From Candidatus Krumholzibacteriia bacterium (GTDB lineage: Bacteria > Krumholzibacteriota > Krumholzibacteriia > LZORAL124-64-63), in assembly GCA_036351155.1 (NCBI GenBank), contig JAZBOO010000048.1:1-27458 (forward strand): DNA of 27,458 nucleotides. Direction: 5' to 3'. Positions 1 through 7,895 of the stretch are shown piece by piece. The notes under the pieces were generated by a model. It saw nothing but the letters and a program-made list of their open reading frames with translations. It had not been told where the DNA came from and did not search any database. Positions within the stretch are counted from its first letter, which is position 1. The number at the start of each line of letters is the position of its first letter. The translations under genes and the position numbers were made by a program.

Positions 1-28
1 AGTCCGGTGCTCTGACCAGGAGGATTTC

Positions 29-475
29 ATGATGAAGAAGGCAGTCACAGTGATGGCCATGCTGGCCCTGGGTTTGATGATGGCCGGCGGTGCGCAGGCC
101 CAGTCCGACGATTGCGACCAGATCCCCAACGCCATGCAGCTGCGGACCCACAATTTTGAAGATGCCAACGGCCTCGACGGCAACGGGGGCATCCACCGTC
201 ACGGCGGCGACTTCGTGGGTGAAGGTGGGCCGCATGGTCCCCTGGGCACCGGCCCCGACGATGAGCTGCTCAAGTTCCTGGGCATGGATGAAATGATCAT
301 GCTGCAGAACGGCATGCTGTTTGGCTTCATGTCGGTGTACCACTACGGCCCGGGCGAGTCCCAGGTCGGAGTCGAAGATCCCGGCCACTTCGGTCCCAAC
401 ACCAGTGGTGAAGGGTACGGGGCTGCGGGCGAGAACCAGAACGCGATGAACCAGCCGCGTTCCGGTCGCCGCTAA
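29..475 (+). CDS. Secreted Gly/Asp/His-rich hypothetical protein (148 aa)
   Basis: AGGAGG RBS upstream; Sec signal peptide MMKKAVTVMAMLALGLMMAGGAQA; host-like codon usage; followed by an intrinsic terminator. Confidence 0.75.
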   Translation: MMKKAVTVMAMLALGLMMAGGAQAQSDDCDQIPNAMQLRTHNFEDANGLDGNGGIHRHGGDFVGEGGPHGPLGTGPDDELLKFLGMDEMIMLQNGMLFGFMSVYHYGPGESQVGVEDPGHFGPNTSGEGYGAAGENQNAMNQPRSGRR

Positions 476-490
476 ACCCCCGCCCAACGC

Positions 491-522
491 AAGAGCAGGG
501 TCTCTGGCCCTGCTCTTTTTTT
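491..522 (+). terminator. Rho-independent terminator
   Basis: AAGAGCAGGG(491-500)/CCCTGCTCTT(508-517) stem followed by a T run, 15 nt after the stop at 475. Confidence 0.85.
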
Positions 523-599
523 GTGACATCTGTCTGTGTGTTTTTTCTCCACAAGTCTATACTGGAAACCCAACGTGATTCCCTTCCAAGGAGATGCCC

Positions 600-1508
600 A
601 TGGGTCGCTGGACTGTCGACAACATTCCCGATCAAACAGGTCGCCTGGCCCTGGTCACCGGCGCCAACACCGGCATCGGTTTCGAGACGGCCCGAGCTCT
701 GGCCCTCAAGGGGGCCCGGGTGGTGCTGGCCTGTCGGAGTCTGGAAAAAGGGCAACAGGCGGTGCAGCGTATTGAGGCAGAATCACCGACCGGTGAGGTC
801 GCGGCAGAGCAGCTCGACCTGGCGGATCTGTCCAGCATCGAATCTTTTGCCGCCAGGTTTTCCGCGCAGGAAACGCAGCTCGACCTGCTCATTCTGAATG
901 CCGGTGTGATGGTGCCGCCGGAAAGCAAGACCGCCCAGGGGTTCGAGCTGCAGTTCGGGGTGAATCACCTGGGCCATTTCGCGCTGGCCGGAAGGCTGTT
1001 GCCCTTGCTGGAGGCGACCAAGGGGGCGCGGGTCGTGGTGGTTTCCAGCACGGCCGCCAGGCGAGGGACCATGAACTTCGACGACCTCCATTTCGAGAAG
1101 CGGGACTATGCCGCCTGGCCGGCCTATGGCCAGAGCAAGCTGGCCAATCAGCTCTTCACGCTGGAGCTGCAGAGCCGTCTGGTGAAGAACGGCTCGCAGG
1201 TTCTGGTCACCGCGGCGCATCCCGGCTGGACGGCCACCGATCTGCAGCGCCATTCCCGGACGACGAGCTTTCTGAATCGGTTCTTCGGAATGCAGCCGGC
1301 GCAGGGAGCACTGCCGACACTGAGGGCAGCGGTGGATCCGGATGTGAAGGGCGGCGAGTATTTCGGGCCGGATGGGTTCCTGCAGATGCGGGGCTATCCC
1401 GAGCGCATCAACATGGTGAAGCAAACGAAGGTGCCCGGGGATGCCGCGCGGCTGTGGGAAGTCAGCGAGGAGTTGACCGGCGTAAGCTTTCGCTTGCCGC
1501 CGGTCTGA
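600..1508 (+). CDS. Short-chain dehydrogenase/reductase (retinol-DH/WWOX-like oxidoreductase)
   Basis: TGANTGIG Rossmann motif, NAG, FGVNHLGHF, YGQSK catalytic YxxxK, HPG; AAGGAG at 588-593 favours ATG 600 over 594. Confidence 0.93.
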   Translation: MGRWTVDNIPDQTGRLALVTGANTGIGFETARALALKGARVVLACRSLEKGQQAVQRIEAESPTGEVAAEQLDLADLSSIESFAARFSAQETQLDLLILNAGVMVPPESKTAQGFELQFGVNHLGHFALAGRLLPLLEATKGARVVVVSSTAARRGTMNFDDLHFEKRDYAAWPAYGQSKLANQLFTLELQSRLVKNGSQVLVTAAHPGWTATDLQRHSRTTSFLNRFFGMQPAQGALPTLRAAVDPDVKGGEYFGPDGFLQMRGYPERINMVKQTKVPGDAARLWEVSEELTGVSFRLPPV

Positions 1509-1509
1509 G
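1473..1509 (+). repeat. 37-bp direct repeat, copy 1 (3' end of SDR including stop; imperfect hairpin)
   Basis: TTGACCGGCGTAAGCTTTCGCTTGCCGCCGGTCTGAG identical to 3377-3413. Confidence 0.95.
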
Positions 1510-3376
1510 CAGGGGTAATCTAGATTGGGAATCCAGGGTGTCCAGCACTGACGGGCAGGAATTATAGGAGAGTCGATGGTTGACCCAAGGAAACAGGTCG
1601 TTGACTAGGAAGGCCAGCGCATCGACCACAAGTCGCTACGAACGATATCGGGGAAAGCATCAGGTTTCAATGAACTGGCCAAGGACTGCGTCTGCTTCGC
1701 CAACGGGTCGGGTGGTCTGATCCTGATCGGGATCGAGGACGGTGCCACGGGGCCTCCGCCAGAGCAGAGAATCCAGGATTCCCTTCTTGGACGCATCCGC
1801 AAGCGCATCGGTGAACTGACGGTCAACGTCGATATTGCGGCGGAGATGCGCACAGATGCGAACGGCGGCGAATTCATCGCCCTGACCATTGAGAGAGCGG
1901 CGGTGGGCGTCGCCTCGACCACCGATGGGCGCTTCTTTCTGCGTGTCGGCGATGAGTGTAAACCCGTGGTCGGGGACGAGGTTCTTCGCCTGGCCAATGA
2001 ACGTCCGTCGGTGCCCTGGGAAACGAGGACGGCATTGGAGGTCCGACGCACTTGCCACGATGACGCGAAGTGCAAGTACCTTTGTAATGCGCTGCGCTCA
2101 TCCGACCGTGTCAAAGCCTCCGTCCGGGAGAAATCCGACGATGAACTGCTGGAACACTACGGGTTGTCCAGCGGCGATCAGCTCACGAATCTCGGCGTGC
2201 TTCTGATCGGAACGACGGCCGACCGAGCCCGTCTTGGTACCGCGCCCGTGGTGCAAGCGATCAAGTATGACGAGTTTAGTGTGAAGGTAGCCAAGCACGT
2301 CTGGGATGACTTCATTCTCTCGCCGATCGATCTTGTCGATGCGGTTTGGCAAGAAATTCCCGATTTCCGCGAGTCCTATGAACTACCAGATGGCTTGCTT
2401 CGAAGCCGCGTGCCTGCCTACGAGGAAGCAGTCGTGCGAGAACTTGTTGTCAATGCCCTTGTTCACCGACCCTATACTCAAAGCGGCGACATTTTCCTGA
2501 ACCTACACCCTGATCGACTCGAGGTTGTTAACGCCGGGCGGCTACCGCTGGGCGTCACGCCGCGGAATATCCTGCATGCCAGCCGGCGTCGGAATGACGG
2601 CCTTGCACGGGTATTCCATGACCTGAAAATGATGGAGCGCGAAGGTAGCGGCTTCGACCTGATATACGACCGGTTGCTAACAAGTGGACGTCCTGTTCCC
2701 ACAGTTTCCGAAGGTGTCGATTCGGTACAGGTGAGTGTCCCGCGGCGAGTGGTACACCCCGGGGTTGTCCGGTTGATGGCCAATGCCGACCAGCAGCACC
2801 AACTTACCCAGCGTGAGCGAATCGTGCTCGGTATGCTGGGGCAAACAGAGGAAATGTCGGCGACGGAATTGGCCGCAGCACTTGAACTCCCTGGTCCATC
2901 CTCACTTCGTCCGTGGATTTCCCGCCTCGAGGACCTGGGCCTTATTGGGCAGACCGGACGCACCCGTGCGACACGGTATTTTGTCGATTCTTCGCTGCTC
3001 CGTCACTCGGGGCTTGATGGCCAGACCACTCTCCAGCGTATTCATCCGCACAGGCTACGGGCACTCATCCTTGAGGATCTGGGAAGATTCCCTGATTCCG
3101 GGCGAGCAGACATCAACAGGCGCATTGGTAAAGAGATTGCCCCGAAATCAATCACACGAGCGTTGAATGACATGATTGCCAAGGGAGTGGTGGTCGCCAA
3201 GGGCGAGCGGCGCTGGCGGACCTATAAGTTGGCCAAAACTAAAGGACACGAAACATGAGGAATAGCCGATGAAGGCGGGTTTGGGCCTTTAAGTTGTTAG
3301 TTGGTGGCTGTTTATGTAAAGGACACTTTAGAGAGGGTGTCCTTGATTGTCCTTTATCGTGGAGGTCAGTAAAAAA
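1510..3376. mobile_element. Putative inserted islet (no integrase/transposase) bounded by 37-bp direct repeats
   Basis: Flanking exact repeats; cargo gene uses more A/T-ending codons (CTT, GTT, CGA, CTA, ACA) than the flanking host genes. Confidence 0.7.
1576..3258 (+). pseudogene. Schlafen/AlbA_2 + HATPase_c_4 (RecG-C-like) + winged-HTH protein, interrupted by in-frame TAG at 1606-1608
   Basis: AGGAG (1566-1570) then ATG 1576, in frame with the 1846-3258 ORF: MVDPRKQVVD*EGQRIDHKS...ELAKDCVCFANGSGGLILIGIED (AlbA_2 signature); downstream RELVVNALVHRPY, RNDGLARVF, MEREGSGF (HATPase_c_4) and C-terminal wHTH-like segments. Confidence 0.8.
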
Positions 3377-3413
3377 TTGACCGGCGTAAGCTTTCGCTTG
3401 CCGCCGGTCTGAG
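3377..3413 (+). repeat. 37-bp direct repeat, copy 2 (duplicated SDR 3' end)
   Basis: Identical to 1473-1509; similarity extends degenerately upstream (VEVSKKLT vs WEVSEELT in the SDR frame). Confidence 0.95.
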
Positions 3414-3419
3414 AAGGTA

Positions 3420-3439
3420 TTTTCCAACGGGTTGGAAAA
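3420..3439. repeat. Dispersed 20-bp palindrome copy 1 (TTTTCCAAC-GG-GTTGGAAAA)
   Basis: Same dyad at 12690, 15178, 19018, 19844. Confidence 0.9.
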
Positions 3440-3520
3440 AATTACAGGGCCATCCGTAAGGAAATCTGGTCTAGATACTCCCATTGCGGGTTGGCCCTGC
3501 CATCAGCTTTGTGACAGAAC

Positions 3521-4807
3521 CTACCCCGTCCGCTTCCGCCGCCGCCGCCGGGGTCGGGCACCTTGCGGGCCTTGCTGACCTTGCTGACCACCCTGACGAG
3601 GGGCTCCCTGACGCTGCCCGCCATTGCGGGGCTGGCGCGGCCGCAGGGGCGGCTCCTCCCCGATGGACTCGAATCCTTCAACCTGCTGACGCAAAATGGG
3701 CGCGCCGATCATGCGCTCGACCGCACGGATCCAGCCGTGGTCCTCGCCGGTCACGAAGGTCCGGGCCACTCCCGTGCATTCCGAACGCCCGGTGCGGCCG
3801 ATGCGGTGGGTGTAGGCCTCGGGTGTGTTGGGCACATCGAAGTTGATCACGTGGGAGACGTTGCTCACGTCGATGCCGCGGGCGGCAATGTCGGTGGCCA
3901 CCAGGATGTCGAAGCGCCGGGACCGGAATCCCTTCATGGCGCGATCCCGCTGGGCCTGGGACATGTTGCCCTGCAAACCCACGGCCCGGTGTCCGGCCTT
4001 GACCAGCTGATCGGCCAGCCGCCGCGTGCGGTGCTTGGTGCGGGTAAAGACGATGGCCGAATTGCAGTTGTCGTTCTTCAGCACGTGCTCGAGCAGGTCT
4101 CGCTTCTGGCGCTCGGCCACCGGCAACAGGGTGTGCTCGATGGTGGCGGCCGGCGATGAACTGGCCAGCTCCACCACGTGGGGATCGTGCAGAATTTCAT
4201 TGGCCAGCCCGCGAATTTCCCTGGGCATGGTGGCCGAGAACAGCAGGTTCTGGCGGTGGCTCGGCAGCACGGCCATGATCTTGCGGATATCCGGCAGGAA
4301 ACCCATGTCGAACATGTGATCGGCCTCGTCCAGCACCAGGGTCTCGGCGCGGGACAGGTCCAGGCGACCTTGCTGGATCAGATCCAGCACGCGGCCGGGG
4401 CAACCCACGACGATGTCGGGATCCTTGCGCAACCGCTGGATCTGCTGAAAGGCCGGCACGCCGCCGTAGATGGTCACCAGCTTCAGCGGGGTGAACTTGG
4501 CCAGGACCTTGATCTCCTCGGCAATCTGCGAAGCAAGCTCACGGGTGGGTGCCAGGACCAGGGCACTGGGGCCACGGGTGTTATCCTTGAGGATCCAGTG
4601 CAGCAGGGGCAGGGCAAACGCGGCGGTTTTGCCGGTGCCGGTCTGGGCCAGGCCCAGGACGTCGCGGCCTTCAATGCCGGCGGGAATGGTCTCGGCCTGG
4701 ATGGGACGAGGAGTGGTGAACCCGGCGGCCTTGACACCGTCGAGAAGGGCTTTGGGCAGACGGAATCCGTCAAATCCTTGCGGATTTTTGATCTGGGAAT
4801 TGGACAT
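3521..4807 (-). CDS. rhlE: DEAD-box ATP-dependent RNA helicase (RhlE-like)
   Basis: Q motif GFTTPRPIQ, AQTGTGKT, PTRELA, DEAD, SAT, ARGID, HRIGRTGR, basic Q/R/G-rich tail; GGAG RBS before ATG 4807 (gene symbol is family-level). Confidence 0.92.
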   Translation of the reverse strand: MSNSQIKNPQGFDGFRLPKALLDGVKAAGFTTPRPIQAETIPAGIEGRDVLGLAQTGTGKTAAFALPLLHWILKDNTRGPSALVLAPTRELASQIAEEIKVLAKFTPLKLVTIYGGVPAFQQIQRLRKDPDIVVGCPGRVLDLIQQGRLDLSRAETLVLDEADHMFDMGFLPDIRKIMAVLPSHRQNLLFSATMPREIRGLANEILHDPHVVELASSSPAATIEHTLLPVAERQKRDLLEHVLKNDNCNSAIVFTRTKHRTRRLADQLVKAGHRAVGLQGNMSQAQRDRAMKGFRSRRFDILVATDIAARGIDVSNVSHVINFDVPNTPEAYTHRIGRTGRSECTGVARTFVTGEDHGWIRAVERMIGAPILRQQVEGFESIGEEPPLRPRQPRNGGQRQGAPRQGGQQGQQGPQGARPRRRRRKRTG

Positions 4808-5028
4808 TAAAAAATAGTCTCCAGCGTGGCGCACACGCACTTGCGCATACGACAGGGCCGAGTATCTGACCCATACAACAGAGAAGGGCGAGAGGGGTTT
4901 TTGCGGGATGACCTACGGTTGTCAGAGGGAGGTCCTGTTGTCGCCGCCGTCGGAATGGTTCCGATCGTAGGGCGCCAACATAGTACCGGACAGGGTAAAG
5001 CGCCAGGGGGCATTTGGGTTGCGGTATA

Positions 5029-5068
5029 TGCACATTGATAATGTTCAAAAGCACAATAAAAATATTCA
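5029..5068 (+). promoter_or_regulatory. Two tandem imperfect dyads upstream of the XRE-MNT gene (putative autorepression operators)
   Basis: TGCACATT-GAT-AATGTTCA (5029-5047) and AGCACAAT-AAA-AATATTCA (5050-5068), 14/19 identical, starts 21 bp apart, overlapping TTGATA at 5035. Confidence 0.55.
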
Positions 5069-5071
5069 ATT

Positions 5072-5653
5072 ATGGAAGCTCAAGCAGCAACAGTGAAGAT
5101 TGATCCCCCAAAGCTCCTCCAGGCCATGCGTGCCCGAGGGTTCGACTCGGTGACGGAACTGGCCGACTCCCTCGGTCTCCACCGAAACACCGTGGGCAAC
5201 TACCTGTCCGGAAAGACGGGCATGCCCCAGGCTCTGGCGCTCATCCTGGAGGCCCTGGATCTGGCGCCAGGCGAGGTGCTGTATCTGGACCGCCCATCGC
5301 GCCAGGTGCCTGGTCTCTGCCTCTCTGATCTTCTGGAGCGGTGGCAAAAGGCCCAACCCGAGGCCGCCTGGGCTCTTTTCGGGTCGCGGGCTCGTGGGAC
5401 CGCCAAGCTGTATTCCGATTACGATGTCGGGGTATATCAGGATCCGGGGCTGAGCTATACCGCCTACTCCCGGCTGCTGGATCTGGCCGCCCAGTGGAAT
5501 GAGAGCCAGCTCACCACGGTGCAACTGGTGGATCTGGGTCGGGCAGACGAGTCTTTTCTTCACCGGATCGGGCCCGATCTGGTACTCTTGGGCGGTTCCA
5601 CGGCGGCTTGGTGTGCTCTGTTGAGAAAGGCCGGTCTACATCTTCATGAATGA
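5072..5653 (+). CDS. XRE-HTH / minimal nucleotidyltransferase (MNT, MntA-like antitoxin) fusion
   Basis: N-terminal HTH SVTELADSLGLHRNTVGNYLSG; C-terminal LFGSRARG...SDYDVG and VQLVDL pol-beta-type motifs. Confidence 0.85.
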   Translation: MEAQAATVKIDPPKLLQAMRARGFDSVTELADSLGLHRNTVGNYLSGKTGMPQALALILEALDLAPGEVLYLDRPSRQVPGLCLSDLLERWQKAQPEAAWALFGSRARGTAKLYSDYDVGVYQDPGLSYTAYSRLLDLAAQWNESQLTTVQLVDLGRADESFLHRIGPDLVLLGGSTAAWCALLRKAGLHLHE

Positions 5654-5729
5654 TGACAAGCTGATTTCCGCCGCCAACTTGCTCTTTGCCGCCTGGGACG
5701 AAGTTCAGGAGTTTCTCAAAACTCCCTGA
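5646..5729 (+). pseudogene. 27-codon ORF coupled to MNT; probable truncated HEPN partner
   Basis: ATG 5646 overlaps the MNT stop (8-nt overlap ATGAATGA); helical MNDDKLISAANLLFAAWDEVQEFLKTP*; occupies the usual HEPN position. Confidence 0.4.
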
Positions 5730-5775
5730 TCTGCTCCCCCTCCTCCCCATTCAGCGCAGAATTTGACAATGAATG

Positions 5776-5789
5776 ATGATTTCCATCAA
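5776..5789. promoter_or_regulatory. FNR/CRP-family box candidate
   Basis: ATGAT-TTCC-ATCAA, 9/10 match to TTGAT-N4-ATCAA, in the AT-rich region upstream of the hydrogenase operon. Confidence 0.45.
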
Positions 5790-5847
5790 ATCTCTCAATC
5801 CTTCCTGCCTCCAGTAACGCCAATCAAGGAAATCATTTAGTCAATTT

Positions 5848-5916
5848 TTGGCAAAATTGCCAATCCCCAGAAAACTCCTGTTATTTTCTTGACATATATT
5901 GTTTTAAATAAAACAT
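5848..5916 (+). promoter_or_regulatory. Hydrogenase promoter region with two dyads and a -35 box
   Basis: TTGGCAA-AA-TTGCCAA (5848-5863); TTGACA (5889-5894); TGTTTTA-AA-TAAAACA (5900-5915), 18-bp TTGT...ACAT spacing resembling Rex sites. Confidence 0.5.
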
Positions 5917-5992
5917 TTCATTCAGGGATAATCCCGCCTTTCCGTTCGACCATTGAGCATTGGGTCACCAGCCCATCCCCAAGGGGTGTCAC

Positions 5993-7015
5993 ATGGTTCA
6001 ATTCTTCCTCGAAAGCGATCGCATCGCCGAATTTGTCGCGCATCTGAAGGGCCACAAGCCCGTCTTTGCGCCCCACCTCAAGGGAGACAAGTCGTACGCC
6101 TTCTCCCTGGTTGAGGATCCCGCCGGGGTGGTCCTGGACTACAACCGGACCATGCATTCGGTGAAAAAGTACTTCATGCCGCCGCGCGAGAAGCTGCTGA
6201 CCTTCGACTTGACGGAGAACAGCTGTGAAGGCGGCCAGGTGGAACCTGTGAACGCCATTTTTCTGGGTGTGCACTCGTACGATCTGGCGGCGGTCCATCG
6301 CCTGGACCACAACTTCGCCGAAGGCCAGGCCGAGAAGAACTATCTGACCCGGCGCCAGGGCGCGGTGTTCATCGGCGTGAGCTACGAGCCCGACCAGTAC
6401 CACTTCTCGGGCAGCGTGGGCATCGACCCTCAGGACACCAGGGGATTCGACATCTTCCTGACCAAGCTGCTGGACGGCTACGTGCTGGAAGTGCTGACTC
6501 CCGAGGGTGAAAAACTGATGCAGGGCCTGGACCTGCCCGCACACGAGACCGGCAAGCCGGCGCGCGGACATTTCCAGCAGCACATCTACGTGCCCCAGAC
6601 CAAGCTGAACACGGTCATGGCGGCCGGTTACGACAATGAGATCTGGGAACAAACGGCCAAGAAGTGCGTGGGTTGCGGCACCTGCAATGTGGTGTGCCCC
6701 ACCTGCTACTGCTTCAACGTCGAGGAAAACGTGGACATTTCGGCCACCAAGGGCGATCGCCAGCGCAGCTGGGACGGCTGCATGCTGCGGGACTTCAGCG
6801 CCGTGGCCGGAGGCGAAGTTTTCCGCGAGGGTCTGGCCGATCGCCAGCGGCACCGGGTGTTCAGGAAGTTCAAGTACCTGAGCGACACCACGGGCAAGCC
6901 CTGGTGCGTGGGCTGCGGCCGATGCACCGCTTATTGCACCGCTGACATCAGCATCGTCAGCATCGTCAATCACCTGGTGGCCGACTACGAAAAAACCGTG
7001 GTGGCCCCCATTTAA
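5993..7015 (+). CDS. hydB: Group 3b [NiFe]-hydrogenase (sulfhydrogenase) beta subunit, 2x[4Fe-4S] (AsrA-like)
   Basis: CVGCGTCNVVCPTCYC, RSWDGC, CVGCGRCTAYC; first gene of the BGDA order; AAGGGG RBS before ATG 5993. Confidence 0.9.
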   Translation: MVQFFLESDRIAEFVAHLKGHKPVFAPHLKGDKSYAFSLVEDPAGVVLDYNRTMHSVKKYFMPPREKLLTFDLTENSCEGGQVEPVNAIFLGVHSYDLAAVHRLDHNFAEGQAEKNYLTRRQGAVFIGVSYEPDQYHFSGSVGIDPQDTRGFDIFLTKLLDGYVLEVLTPEGEKLMQGLDLPAHETGKPARGHFQQHIYVPQTKLNTVMAAGYDNEIWEQTAKKCVGCGTCNVVCPTCYCFNVEENVDISATKGDRQRSWDGCMLRDFSAVAGGEVFREGLADRQRHRVFRKFKYLSDTTGKPWCVGCGRCTAYCTADISIVSIVNHLVADYEKTVVAPI

Positions 7016-7037
7016 TGGGAGACGGGGAGATACAGTC

Positions 7038-7895
7038 ATGACCAATCAGTTCTCCAGTGATACCGCCCCCATCGAATTGAAGGACCTGTACCTTCCGGTG
7101 ATGGCGGAGATCACAGATATCAAGAAGATGACCGAGCTGGAAACCCTGTACACCGTGCAGCTGCCCGACGGCGCCGAGCTGGGCCACAAGCCCGGCCAGT
7201 TCGTCGAGGTGAGCATGTTCGGCATCGGCGAGGCGCCGTTCAGCATCTCATCGTCCCCCACGCAGCGTGGTGTGTTCGAGCTGGGTATCCGCAAGGTGGG
7301 CATGTTGACCGACGTGATGTCCCGCTACCAGGTGGGCCACAAGCTGGGCATCCGCGGCCCCTTCGGCAACGGCATCGACGTGGAAAAGTTCAAGGGCAAG
7401 GACGTGCTGATCGTCGCCGGCGGCATCGGGCTGGTGCCCATGCGCTCGATGATCAACTACGTCATCGACAACAGGGATGATTTCGGCCGCCTGATCATCT
7501 GCTACGGCAGCCGCAGCGACAAGGAACTCCTGTTTGTCGACGAGCTGAAACAGTGGACCGACGATCCGCGCATCGAGTACCACGTGACCGTGGACCACGG
7601 ATCGCCGGAATGGACCGGCAAGACCGGGGTGATCACCACCCTGATCCCTACCCTGGACCTGGATCTGCCCAACACCGTGACCTGCGTGTGCGGCCCGCCG
7701 GTGATGTACCGGTTCGTGCTGCTGGCGCTGAAATCGAAGGGACTGCCCGAGGGCAACATCTACATGTCCCTGGAACGGCGCATGAAATGCGGCGTGGGCA
7801 AATGCGGCCACTGCCAGATCAACCATACTTACGTTTGCCAGGACGGTCCGGTGTACCACTATCCTGACATCAAAGCCCTGCAGGAGGCTCTGTGA
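7038..7895 (+). CDS. hydG: Group 3b hydrogenase gamma subunit, FAD/NAD(P)-binding [2Fe-2S] (AsrB/PyrK-like)
   Basis: PGQF, GEAPFSISS, RGPFGNG, AGGIGLVP, CGPPVM, ERRMKCGVGKCGHC...VCQDGP. Confidence 0.92.
   Translation: MTNQFSSDTAPIELKDLYLPVMAEITDIKKMTELETLYTVQLPDGAELGHKPGQFVEVSMFGIGEAPFSISSSPTQRGVFELGIRKVGMLTDVMSRYQVGHKLGIRGPFGNGIDVEKFKGKDVLIVAGGIGLVPMRSMINYVIDNRDDFGRLIICYGSRSDKELLFVDELKQWTDDPRIEYHVTVDHGSPEWTGKTGVITTLIPTLDLDLPNTVTCVCGPPVMYRFVLLALKSKGLPEGNIYMSLERRMKCGVGKCGHCQINHTYVCQDGPVYHYPDIKALQEAL

Noticed and set aside
3319..3344. AAGGACAC/GTGTCCTT hairpin as an IS terminal repeat or terminator
   Set aside because: No transposase, no convincing partner end and no clean U tract; left unassigned.
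5848..5863. Sigma54 promoter (TGGCA...TTGC)
   Set aside because: GG-to-GC spacing is 7 nt, not the required 10.
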